A DNA stretch of 64,000 bases, from the NCBI GenBank assembly GCA_950097015.1, contig CATNEN010000025.1, positions 6,572,001-6,636,000 of the forward strand. The letters are read 5' to 3'. Numbering within the stretch: position 1 is the first letter of the stretch; the number at the start of each line of letters is the position of its first letter. This document shows positions 46,303-57,354 of this stretch, in pieces. Under the pieces are notes generated by a model. The model was not told the DNA's origin and ran no database searches. It was given only the letters and a program-made list of their open reading frames with translations. The stretch is from Macrostomum hystrix. Lineage: Eukaryota > Animalia > Platyhelminthes. The position numbers and the translations under genes are program-made.

Positions 46303-46942
46303 CTTAACGTAGATGTCGGACATGGCCTCTCCAGTGATGGAGATCTCTTCCAGGATGACGTCCTTCGTGTTCCAGATGATGATACGCAGCTCGTAGTCCT
46401 TCGGCTTGCGCGGCTCAATGTTGATGGGAATCGGCGGGATACCGAACTGCGCCGGGAAGATGTCCACCCAGCACTGCAGCTTGCCCTGCTCGATGCCCGG
46501 CTGCAGCGGCGAGTACAGCGGCCTGGTCTCCACGTGTTCCTTCACCAATGGCAGGCAGTTCAGCACGTGCAGGGCTAGTCTTTCGTCATCCGGCCCGTAG
46601 TGCGGATTCGACTTGCGGTTCGGCTCGAAGCTGTCCAGGTAGAAGGTCTTGGCGCCCAGATGCAGACAATCGGTGCCTTCGTAGCGCGGCTCCGGCAGGA
46701 AGTTCTTGCCGCAGAAGTCGGCCAGGATGTCCTTGGGCTTGCGCGCGTCCCTCCACTGGTTGGGGCCCTCGACGTAGTAGGACTGCGGCAGGCCGACGCA
46801 CGCGTTGAACTTGCTGAGGTAGCGGTTCTCCAGATCGATAACTGTCTCGCCGATGACGTCATCGGAGCTGAGGAAGTCGTAGTCTTTGATTCGGATGTAC
46901 AGGTCCTTGTCGATTGGAATAATGCACTTCAGTTCGAAGACT
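46303..46942 (-). CDS. Ferlin exon: C2 domains
   Basis: VFELKCIIPIDKDLYIRIKDYDFLSSDDVIGETVIDLENRY...QGKLQCWVDIFP...YELRIIIWNTKDV...MSDIYVK. Confidence 0.93.
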
Positions 46943-47050
46943 CTGGCAATTTAAGAAGTTGTTTGATGAAAATGAAATGTCAAGGTTTCGTTGCAACAGA
47001 TTTTCGTCAACACACTCAGGCCCTATTTCGTTTGCCCTTATGGGACTCAC

Positions 47051-47541
47051 TGTCCGAATACGGGAGACAGGCAGTTGGGAATGTATTTGTCCTTGTTGTC
47101 CACGCGCTTCTTGCCCAACTCGATCTCAATGTAGGGATCAGCCAGGCCGCTGGGATCGTTCGGCTGCAAATCGATGGCTTTGATAGTGTAGACTCGAACA
47201 ATGCAATCCATGGGATTCGAGTCCGGGATGCCTTTTTCAAGCTGCTTCAACGGCAGCGGCAGGCCCAGGTCCTCCGGCAGGGGATAGATGCGGAATGTGC
47301 CTTTGAACTCGCCGACAACGTTGCCCTCATCGTCGTCCAGACTCTTGCCGCGCTGGAAGCCGTAGGTGCTGCAGAAGTCGCTGAAGCCATCGAAATTCTC
47401 GGAGTTCTCCAGCGCGCCGGTGTACAGCTTGAGGGTGTCGTAGCCAAGGTCAACATACTTGCGGCACTTCTTGACCTCGCCAGTGCTGGCGTAATACTTT
47501 GACCACCAGTCGATGTCCTCGTCCAGCTGGGAAATGTCGAT
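47051..47541 (-). CDS. Ferlin exon: DIDWWSK motif and C2 domain
   Basis: LDEDIDWWSKYYAS...VVGEFKGTFRIYPLP...CIVRVYTIKAIDLQPNDPSGLADPYI. Confidence 0.93.
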
Positions 47542-47739
47542 CTAGGAGGTTCGGGAACGTCGGTGGATGGTTTGCTTGCGAGTGGTAGGAGGTTGGTACC
47601 AAGGACCTCTAGTATTAGAATGACACGAGGCAAGCGAATCGTTGAAAAGCGAAAATCTGAAAACGTGGCTCTTTTTTTTAAATAATTTTTCTCGACAAAT
47701 TTCCCTATATTGTGACCGATATATAGAAATGACACCCAA

Positions 47740-47800
47740 ATGGCATTCGAATGCTGCGTGCAGCTGTTCAGTCCATGGACTGGGTAGCTGCTAAAGCCCC
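47740..47800 (-). mobile_element. SINE family 1, 3' fragment
   Basis: gcagctgttcagtccatggactgg is the reverse complement of the 3' part of the 21973 copy. Confidence 0.5.
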
Positions 47801-48576
47801 CACTAAGTACAATGGCCACAAACTCATTCAAATCTACAGCCAAACTGTCTATCAATAAATTAAGCTTCAACGATTCGCGAATTTAACGTCATTTTATTAC
47901 GGTCACTTTGTTGGTACCTGAGAATAAATATAAATGGCTTAACTAAAAATCCTAGGGAAATATTAACAAAACATTATCAACATCCCGAATAACCATGATA
48001 GAATGCTGACATGAAATCTATACTTTTGTGCGTTAGAAATGAAAACAATTCACCAAAATGAATAGGTCGAGATGCTTCTTAAAAAATACTCTAGGCCATT
48101 GTAACTTTATTAAAAAACGATACATGATGTTTAGTTTCTAGACGAACATTTTCAGAGTTATCCGCTTGACTTAAGTTTCCCTAACGAGTTACCAATAAAA
48201 CAAATTTTAAGCGTTTCGTAAGAACATTGTGCCTTACTCATGTCATCGCTAACTGAATTCCGGTTAAACTGCTATATCTGATAAGTTTCTCTAATAAAAC
48301 AAACCACAATTGTCTTCAACAACTCGACAATCTCCTGTCACAATAAATGAAAATCTCAATGAGAGTCATTATTCATGCCGAACAATGAGAACATAAACTT
48401 GACCATTGTGACAAGCGACGACTAGAGTTTAAGGATCAATTAGGGAGTTTTAGAACCAAATAACTACATTTGGTAAAGGGAGGCCGCATTTCAGCGCAGA
48501 AATAAATGAACTAAAAACTTAAAATCAGTGCGAGATTCGATTTTAAAGAATGGTTTGAATATCTAGGAGGTGGTCA

Positions 48577-48960
48577 GATTTTGGGGCGCGGTGTGAAGAT
48601 GTGGGGAGGTGGGTGTCGGATTTTGGGGCGCGGTGTGAAGATGTGGGGAGGTGGGTGTCGGATTTTCAGGCGCGGTGTGAAGATGTGGGGAGGTGGGTGT
48701 CGGATTTTGGGGCGCGGTGTGAAGATGTGGGGAGGTGGGTGTCAGATTTTGGGGCGCGGTGTGAAGATGTGGGGAGGTGGGTGTCGGATTTTGGGGCGCG
48801 GTGTGAAGATGTGGGGAGGTGGGTGTCGGATTTTGGGGCGCGGTGTGAAGATGTGGGGAGGTGGGTGTCGGATTTTGGGGCGCGGTGTGAAGATGTGGGG
48901 AGGTGGGTGTCGGATTTTGGGGTTCGATGTGAAGATGTGGGGAGGTGGGTGTCAGATCTT
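48577..48960. repeat. 42-bp G-rich minisatellite
   Basis: GATTTTGGGGCGCGGTGTGAAGATGTGGGGAGGTGGGTGTCG, about 9 copies. Confidence 0.93.
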
Positions 48961-49854
48961 GGTGCCTGGTGTTAAGTTTCAATGTTGGTTTAAGTTGTTT
49001 ATTATACATGAATACGAGGTGGTTCGTGTGAGATTTTTTTATATTAAGAGAAGACGCGGACATCATAAAATGGGACAAAAAGTGCATAAATAGGGATTAA
49101 GGTTTTAAAGCAAAATTAAATTACATAACCACCAACCCATCTTGCCACCTGGTTCTTCTGTGGTAACGCTGACACAACATTGACCACCGTATTTATAATT
49201 ACACAAGCGGAGACTACATATAGCTGGGTGTGTAAGCTTCTAGTGGGCGGATCAAAGGAAAAATGTGGTTTCTAAGCTCTAATTTTTTTATTTGGGACTC
49301 GCGAACTTCGCCTATCTAAACACCACTGACCGTTTTACCCTCGTCGGATTTGAAAAAGTTAAAGTTCAACTTTTTCGCCTTCAGCTCCTGGACGATGCAA
49401 GTCGAGGCGCGAATGAGAACGGCGGGGTGGACAGTGACTGAGCTTGGCTGTCTTGATGACTGATGAGGCTCTGGATCCTGTGCGGCTCGGCTGCTGCTGC
49501 TGTTACTGCTGACTATTGTGGTTATTTTATCCTCCTAATAGCTATTTTTCGTTATAATTCAATTACGCCTATTTCGACCTAAACTTGACATTTAAAAAAT
49601 CCCACCTACCTCCTTTGTTCTGATTGGCTGTGGCATGTTCATCTATGGGTAGACTTTTACAACCCCGCCTTTAGCTGAAAAATCGCATCCAGCCCTTCCC
49701 TCCCTTATCTAAGTGGCAGTAAAAATAATCATTTCTAGCAGCCAATAAGAAAGTTTTAGACACTTCCAAGCAGAGCAGGACGCCGCACAGGACAACTTGG
49801 CCAATGGCAATGGCAGATCAGCAAATCTGGTAATCTCTGAAGCAACTTATTTAC

Positions 49855-50001
49855 TTTGTTCTTCTTCTTTCGCCGCTTCAGGAAGCCGGGAATTCGACTG
49901 CGTTTCTTCTTTGGCGGCGGGTCGATGAGGCCCTGGGTGTCGCTGGCGTGCCGGCTGGGCGGCTGCTGCCTCTGCAGCGAGGCCGCATCTGATTGGTCGG
50001 C
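49855..50001 (-). CDS. Ferlin linker exon with basic cluster (tentative)
   Basis: cgcAG|ADQSDAASLQRQQPPSRHASDTQGLIDPPPKKKRSRIPGFLKRRKKKNK|GTAAAT; 147 nt, phase 0-0, GC-rich. Confidence 0.5.
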
Positions 50002-50124
50002 CTGCGTGGCCACGTACGAAGATCGGTTGCTCATTGGCTCTCGTTTTTTAAAGCAAATTCTAAACTTTTGCTGTGCAATGGACCTTAAACTGTATTTTGG
50101 TGACAGTCTATCCAAGCCAACATT

Positions 50125-50300
50125 CACACAGGTGTATACACCTGCCCTGACTTTCTCATCGTCACTTTATTGTTTGTTCGTGCCATAAATTGAACTAAAT
50201 TAAACAAGCCAAAGCCTTCTCTACGTGGCTGCGCCCCAAATCAATGTGGCCTTGCCGCGGATTCGAGCTCAGGACCTTAGTGAGAGTCTGACACTTTAAA
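50125..50300 (-). mobile_element. SINE family 2, partial copy
   Basis: caggtgtatacacctgccctgactttctcatcgtc...ccttctctacgtggctgcgcccc...cggattcgagctcagg matches family 2. Confidence 0.65.
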
Positions 50301-51409
50301 ACTTCGCCCTTCAAACCGCCTAGCTGTGAGCTAATATTGTAAAATAAGTTTTCGACTAACCGACCAGCTGAAATATTAGTTAAAACAAAAATTAATAAAG
50401 AAAGACTGACAGAAACGTTCTAGACTTCTAGAAGAAGACAGGAGTCAGTGCATTAAAATGTCAACAGCATGCAGCAAAAGTAGAAACTAATTCAAGACTC
50501 AATGCTCGTGCCAGTGAGAGATTTGGCCTTCTAACATCATTGCCCAAGAAGCATGCAGAAATTCAAAGCAGCCTCCACTGTATCTTAAAGTAACTTAATA
50601 TAATCCGCAAAATTTGAAACCTTATACTCGTCCGGATTAAGCTTGTCCTTAATCTTCGACAAATTGCTCTTAATGCCTTGAAGAAAGTCCTTCGAATATT
50701 GAAGACGAAACAGCAGCGCGAAATGTAATTCAACTAAACTTTAGTTTAAAAAAACTAAAACTAAAAACTAAAACAACAAAATGCTCTACTGCAAGTAGTG
50801 ATTAAGGCTTACAACATAAATTACTACTGATCTTACCTGTCTCGTTGTAGAGCTAGTGCAGAATCATGTACTCGTACCTAATCCATATTTTAAATAGCTT
50901 TTCGATGGACTAAAGAATGTTTTTAAACAAAATATTGACTGGTAATCAATGTAAGCTATCAGCTTTACCTTCCCTTGCGATCCAGTCATTGTCAGTACCG
51001 TATTAACCAAAACACACAAAAGGTGCTTCAAGTATAGTAATGCTGCATTTATGTACTCAGAATAGTTTAAAGTGCCAGAAACTACGCTCGTAAAACGTTT
51101 GAATCGGTGCAATAGCTTAGTTGGGACTTCTAGAAACAAAGACTGGTCATTCATTTCAAAGGAAAATCTGCGGCGGAGTCAAGACTATATTTAATTGATT
51201 TTTATTTTTAATTTTGCAATTTCGACGATTTGAAGACTAAGATCCGATTGTTTGCGATTATTCATTAAGTAATAGTTAAGAATTGGCATCTAGAAAACAA
51301 TAAACACATGGACTGCCTGATGTCACCATAACTTGTTTAAAACATCAAATCGACACAGAAATTATTTTGCATGAATGAAACAAGTACATTTAAAGCCAGT
51401 TCTGTGAGG

Positions 51410-51740
51410 AGTGAGGTAGGTGAGGAGTGAGATGGGTGTGGAGTGAGGTGGGTGCGTAATGAGGTGGCTGCATGAGTGAGGTGGGTGCGGAGTGAGGTGG
51501 GTACGTAATGAGGTGGATGTGGAGTGAGAACGGTGAGGATTGAGGTGGCTGCAGGAGTGAGGTGGGTGCGGAGTGAGAAGGGTGAGGATTGAGGTGGCTG
51601 CAGGAGTGAGGTGGGTGCAGAGTGAGGTGGGTGCAGAGTGAGGTGGGTGCAGAGTGAGGTGGGTGCGGAGGGAGGCGGGTGCAGGATGAGAAAGGTGAGG
51701 AGTGAGGAGGCTGAGGAAGTGAGTAGGGTGAAGAGTGAGG
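51410..51740. repeat. Degenerate ~15-bp purine-rich repeat (GAGTGAGGTGGGTGC)
   Basis: Tandem imperfect copies. Confidence 0.85.
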
Positions 51741-52430
51741 AAATCGACGATTGACGATGACGAGGAGGGTGTAGTGGGCTGCTGAATCCATGCTTATCAA
51801 TGCACAGATCAAGAAGTTTAGGAAGAATTTGATAATTTGAGTACAGAAATATCGCTTACCATACCAAAAGCCGAGATAGACTGTTTGCGAAAGGTTTAAG
51901 TTTTAAATTTTCATTTCACCAAACATTGACTAAGCTACTTTATTGAGACAGTCCATGTCTTAGTCATTTTTTAAGTACATCGACTCTGCGGATTTACACT
52001 TTGAAATGAGAAATCATACAAGAGATGTACATTACATAGTTCCACAGTTTTTTTACAGATAGAATGTACGTCCGACACCTCTAAACTAACGCATAGCACG
52101 ACACACATAGTAGGCTCCAAGTTCGCTTATAGGGCTTAGTATCTTGTTAATTAATGAGAACCTACTGGATGATCTCCAGAGGCTGCCACAGTTGCAGCTC
52201 CATCACCAACGGAAATTTGCCGCTGCTGTTCCTGCACATTTTTTTATCATAAATAAATTTTTGGAACTTTTCAGAATCAGTCTACTATTAGTAGGCAAGC
52301 AGTGAGTACGCGATGCCTTTAATTTAATTATGCTTGCGTCACTCCGAAACCTGCTAGTCAAAAGAAAAACAGCACAACAGTCTGAACACAAATCTGTCTC
52401 GATTGGCATCATATCCTGGCCTCTGCTTAC

Positions 52431-52540
52431 CCTAGCCTTCGTGGTGACTTCGGCTTCCAACTTTGGCGCGAGATTCACGGGTCGCTCATTGGAGTGAGCA
52501 TTCAGCAGAGCTGCAGTGTTTGATGCGGGGCGGCATGGAG
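52431..52540 (-). CDS. Ferlin linker exon (tentative)
   Basis: cattAG|(A)PCRPASNTAALLNAHSNERPVNLAPKLEAEVTTKAR|GTAAGC; phase 1-0 matches the upstream exon. Confidence 0.5.
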
Positions 52541-52589
52541 CTAATGAAATTGGTTGATGAATCGCTTGCCGCGGAGGAGGAGTGGGAGA

Positions 52590-53115
52590 GAAGCGGAAGA
52601 GGAACGGAAGAGGAATAGAAGAGGACCGGAAGAGGACAGGAAGAGGAACGGAAGAGGAATAGAAAATAAACGGGGAGGACTGGAAAAGGACCGGAAGAGG
52701 TTCGGAAGAAGACCGGTAGAGGACTGGAAAAGGACTGGAAGAGGACCCGTAGAGGACTGGAAGAGGACTGGAAGAGGACCGGAAGAGGACAGGAAGAGGA
52801 ACGGAAGAGGAATAGAAAATAAACGGGGAGGACTGGAAAAGGACCGGAAGAGGTTCGGAAGAAGACCGGTAGAGGACTGGAAAAGGACTGGAAGAGGACC
52901 CGTAGAGGACTGGAAGAGGACTGGAAGAGGACCGGAAGAGGACAGGAAGAGGAACGGAAGAGGAATAGAAAATAAACGGGGAGGACTGGAAAAGGACCGG
53001 AAGAGGTTCGGAAGAAGACCGGTGGAGGACTGGAAGAGGACCGATAAAGGACTGGAAGAGGACTGGAAGAGGACTGGAAGAGGATTGGAAGAAGACTAGA
53101 AGAGGACTGGAAGAG
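52590..53115. repeat. Purine-rich GAAGAGGAC repeat with 153-bp higher-order unit
   Basis: The 51-codon period is visible in the spurious + strand ORF 52554-53099. Confidence 0.88.
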
Positions 53116-53145
53116 CAGAAGAATGGCATTCTCTCAGTCTCTCAC

Positions 53146-53755
53146 CCGGAAAGTTGGTGATGGCATCGTACTCTTCGCTAATTGGCTCGGTGCGGTACTC
53201 GTCCAGGCACTTGATCACGTGCACACCCACCATTGGCTTTCGGCCGAACTGGCGATGATCGCGCACCCGGATGTTCATGGGCGGCAGGTAGAGCGTCTCC
53301 TTTGGTAGCATGACGTCCATGAACAGCAGCGGCTGCATGAAGTTCGGATTTCGCTTCGTGTTCTTGATGACGTCTGAGGCGACCACGTGACCGCCGATCT
53401 CGAATTCGACACTCGGCGAGGTGACAGACATGAGCTGGAAGCTCTGCATGTTGCGCACGCCCCAGCAGAGAATCTCGATGCCAGTCCTCTGCAACACCGG
53501 CTTGATGCCGTCTGGCACAATGAAGAGGTCGGCGCCGCGCTTTGACGGCGTCGGCGGCATGGGCTCGGCGATCAGGAACAGCTCGAACGCGGCCAGCAGT
53601 TCGCCGCCCTCCTTGCCGCCCTTGAAGACTGGATGCCACTGCAGCACTGGGCGGCGGGGATCCGTGGGATCCAGCTTCACCATTGGCTGCACCAGCGCCC
53701 GGCCAAGGAATTCGTCCTCTCCGAGCTGGTCGGCGTCGAATATCTCGACGACCAC
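53146..53755 (-). CDS. Ferlin exon: C2 C-half plus next C2-like domain
   Basis: VVVEIFDADQLGEDEFLGR...GELLAAFELF...IEILCWGVRNM...PPMNIRVRDHRQFGRKPMVG. Confidence 0.93.
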
Positions 53756-53878
53756 CTGGCGGAGGGGCGGGTCAGATAAGTCAGAACTCTGAGTTAGAAT
53801 CATACGAGTTAGTTGGGAACATAGTGGTGTTAAGAATTTTGTGTAAGACAAATCAGTAAAAATTTGCGAATTTCTAAC

Positions 53879-54105
53879 CGGCGGCGGATTGGCCTCGATG
53901 CTGTACGGGTCGCTGAACATTTCCGCGTTGTCGAAGATCAGGGTCTGGTCCCAGGTCGGGCACAGAGTCTGGTCGATGGTCTCGGTGACACCGGATCTGG
54001 TGTGAAAGCACACCCTCGCGTAGGGGTCGGACAGTCCTGACTGGTCGCCGGCGAGCAGGTCGCGAGCTTGGAAGATGTAGGACCTCAGCTGCCACTTGCG
54101 GCCGT
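53879..54105 (-). CDS. Ferlin exon: C2 domain N-half
   Basis: GRKWQLRSYIFQARDLLAGDQSGLSDPYARVCFH...TLCPTWDQTLIF. Confidence 0.92.
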
Positions 54106-54173
54106 CTGCGGAGGAAGAAGGACCGGCTTATCCAATTGTCTACCACCTGTTTACCCCATTTTCAGTCACTCAC

Positions 54174-54216
54174 TATCGTAAAGCAGGACCATTCGTGGAG
54201 CGGCCATCAGTGCTTT
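54174..54216 (-). CDS. Ferlin small exon (43 nt)
   Basis: ttttcAG|KALMAAPRMVLLYD|GTGAGT; supplies the phase 0-to-1 change needed before the next C2 exon. Confidence 0.75.
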
Positions 54217-54844
54217 CTGAAAAGTGAAATGTCAGAAAATACGAATGCAAAGTTTTTTCAAGACACTACACAGGGGGTTACTCGTATTCGTATTACAGAA
54301 TCAACAATTGACGTTATCATAATCAGAAGCATAGTTTTTATTGAGAGTACGTTAGAGACAAAGTTTTTTGCTAATCTATTAACACAGGAAATAAAAAAAT
54401 GTATTAGCAAACGCATATCAGCTACTGTAAGTAGAGAGTTAGCATTAAAAAAGCTGTGATATTATATATGTTTGGAGTACATTTCAATATAGTTTCTAGA
54501 CTAGTGGCAGTGATTATAAAGAAGTTAAAATTTTGTTTCAAATCATATTCTCTTTCTTCTTACCTTTGCAGCTTTCTGGAATTTTTAGTTTAAAGATTTT
54601 GTGCTGATGAATGACTGGAATATGTTTTTTTCACCTTTTAGCTAATAGAAAATCAACCTCCCAGATGAGAAAGTAAAAATTTAAATTTTGGAAATAGCCT
54701 AACGAACCAACACCGCAGTAGGAGTGCAGTGTGCGATTGTAGATGATAGATGCGTATATTTCTATGCGTACATAGCCAGCCACCCACTCCAGGCTGAAAC
54801 CTCTACCCCAAACTCGATGCTGATTGGCTGGCGCATTCGCTCAC

Positions 54845-55024
54845 ATTATCGCCAGCAGATTCAGTCATGTTGAAGAAGCACGGCGCGCCTGGCTTAGTAG
54901 GAACCATCTTCCTGTGCCAGCGGCGCCTGCGAACCATGTCCACTGGGCGCTTGTTGGTGTGGAATTTCTGGCCGAATCCAATTGCATACTCCCAGCACTG
55001 CTCCGGGTCCGTGATCTCAACCGG
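54845..55024 (-). CDS. Ferlin exon: outer DysF C-terminal part
   Basis: PVEITDPEQCWEYAIGFGQKFHTNKRPVDMVRRRRWHRKMV; 180 nt. Confidence 0.9.
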
Positions 55025-55089
55025 CTGCAAGTGTAACACGAATCGCGGCTTGTGTGATCTTGTTGTCTCAAGGGCTCAGTCTTAATTGC

Positions 55090-55440
55090 TTTTTACGTGT
55101 ACAATCTGCTTCTTGTACGTGTACAATCTGCTTCTTGTACGTGTACAATCTGCTTCTTGTACGTGTACAATCTACTTCTTGTACGTGTACAATCTGCTTC
55201 TTGTACGTGTACAATCTGCTTCTTGTACGTGTACAATCTACTTCTTGTACGTGTACAATCTGCTTCTTGTACGTGTACAATCTGCTTCTTGTACGTGTAC
55301 AATCTACTTCTTGTATGTGTACAATCTACTTCTTGTACGTGTACAAACTACTTCTTGTACGTGTACAATCTACTTCTTGTACGTGTACAATCTACTTCTT
55401 GTACGTGTACAATCTACTTCTTGTACGTAGACAATCTGCT
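55090..55440. repeat. 22-bp minisatellite (TGTACGTGTACAATCTGCTTCT)
   Basis: About 16 copies in a ferlin intron. Confidence 0.94.
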
Positions 55441-55989
55441 TCTGCTTCACTCTTACTGTTTATATTTCCCGCTTCAAAATTAAGCGATTCCGCTATTTTC
55501 CCGACCTTGCTTTTAATCCAATTGGCTTATTTTTATTTTTTCCCGCAATTTTTTTCCCGCAAATGTTTAACCTGACCCTTCTGACTGTACCACTGAACCC
55601 ACTCTCTGATAATTTAAAGTAACTTGAAGTGAATATTGACTGATTAAACCTCAAGGCATAAATAAAAAAAGTTGTTGCAAACATGCAAATGAATCAATTT
55701 GTGCACTTCTACTAACTATTGTGAGCTTCATTCAAAGTGCATATAGCGAATGTTTTTTTAATTCGCAGAATGCAAGCTTATTGTCCGTTATATTCTTACT
55801 CTCCTTCGAAACTGTGGAATTATTTTTAATTGAAAATAGAGGTTAAAGTTGTTAAACTATTATATTTAAAAATTTTTGGCCCGCTCAGAATTGGATAAAT
55901 AAGTCCTATGAATATAGTAAAGTTCATTCAGTGAGGTCGAGAACCTGAATTTAAAGAGGGGTTTTCGCGATTGGTCCTCTAAATACAAT

Positions 55990-56450
55990 CAGTGCAGTCA
56001 AGACTTCAAATTCGGGGGTTAGGCAAGATCGCGGTCTTAGTCCATTTAGTACAGTCGAGAGCCCCAATTAGGCGTGGGTTTGTTTTACAAAAGGGTTTCT
56101 CAAAATCCATCAGTGCAGTCGAGAGCCCCAATTATGAGTGAGGTTGGTTTACGAGAGGGTTTCTCTAAATATATCAGAGCAGTCGAGAGCCCCAATTAAG
56201 CGTGGGGGTTGTTTTACGAGAGGGTTTCTCTAAATCTATCAGTGCAGTCAAGAGCCCCAATTAAGCGTGGGGGTTGTTTTACGAGAGGGTTTCTCTAAAT
56301 ATATCAGTGCAGTCAAGAGCCCCAATTAAGCGTGGGGTTGTTATACGAGAGGGTTTCTCTAAATATATCAGTGCAGTCAAGAGCCCCAATTAAGCGTGGG
56401 GTTGTTTTACGAGAGGGTTTCTCTAAATATATAAGTGCAGTCGAGAGCCC
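55990..56450. repeat. ~65-bp minisatellite (ATCAGTGCAGTCAAGAGCCCCAATTAAGCGTGGGG...)
   Basis: About 7 copies, degenerating to the left. Confidence 0.88.
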
Positions 56451-56562
56451 TAATTAGAAGGGAGTTATTGTTCATTGTTTTTTTAGTCATTTCTGCAAGT
56501 CGTATCGCAATGTACGCGTATAAAAAGATTTGAATGCGCATAATTTAGAATCAACAGCTCAC

Positions 56563-57210
56563 CTGACTATCCTCAACGGCAGCGGACTGGGCTAGCACTC
56601 GCGCCCTGATGTAGCGTCGGCGGCGGCACATGTGGAACATCTTCTCAACTGGCACGTAGCCGCCCATCGAGGCCTCAACCGTGTACTCCCAGCCCTCCTC
56701 GTCGCACGGCCGATTAAAGTCCACCTTCCATTCATCCTTCCAGCGCCAGCCCTCGGGCAGTTTGACGCTCTGCATGTCGCTGCACGGGTCGCCCTTGACG
56801 TCGGTGTACTTCACCTTGGCGTCCTGCCAGGCTCCGCCAGGCAGTCGGGTTTCGTTCACGTAGACGTCCTCGGTGAATTCGGAATGTCCGGCGTCCTTGT
56901 CGTAAAACAGGCTGAGCTCGGGACTCACGTACCAGTCCTTGTCCCACTTCCAACCCGGCGGCGGGTTCAGCTTCTCCTTGAGGATCTCAACTCGGCCTGA
57001 GGCGTCGGACCAGGCGGGCCGGCCGGGGCCGCTCTTCATCCACTTGATGATGAACCACTCGTTCTCGTAGGTCTCGGCTAGGACTGACAGGTTGCCCTCG
57101 CGCTGCATTTTGTGCCACTCATTTTCGTCCTTCTCGTGGCCCAGCCAGACAATCAGGCGGACCAGGGCAGGAATTTGCAGCTTCGGGTCGTCCGTCTTCA
57201 CTGTGGGCGA
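56563..57210 (-). CDS. Ferlin exon: FerB end and nested DysF domain
   Basis: AETYENE...PPPGWKWDKDW...LPEGWRWKDEWKVDFNRPCDEEGWEY...CRRRRYIR; 648 nt, phase 0-0. Confidence 0.93.
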
Positions 57211-57354
57211 CTGCGGACCAAGAAGAGCAGAGTTCACGGATGATCATCATGATTGTTTTTGACTCCTCACGATAGTGTACAACACATCTGTGTGACATAT
57301 TAACGACTACTGTAGACCAATGCGGATTCGTGTGGATCAGCTTAATTAGCGTCT

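Larger units (their letters stand above)
42810..57210 (-). other. Type-I ferlin gene model (myoferlin/dysferlin-like), 5' part outside the window
   Basis: Phase-consistent exons encode the DysF domains, several C2 domains, the DIDWWSK motif and the C-terminal transmembrane helix. Exons in the linker between 53145 and 47542 are tentative. Confidence 0.93.

Noticed and set aside
46600-47502. 300-aa + strand ORF and other antisense ORFs over ferlin, GPCR, integrase and six-cysteine exons
   Set aside because: Antisense shadows of GC-rich coding sequence; the opposite strand carries the recognisable domains.
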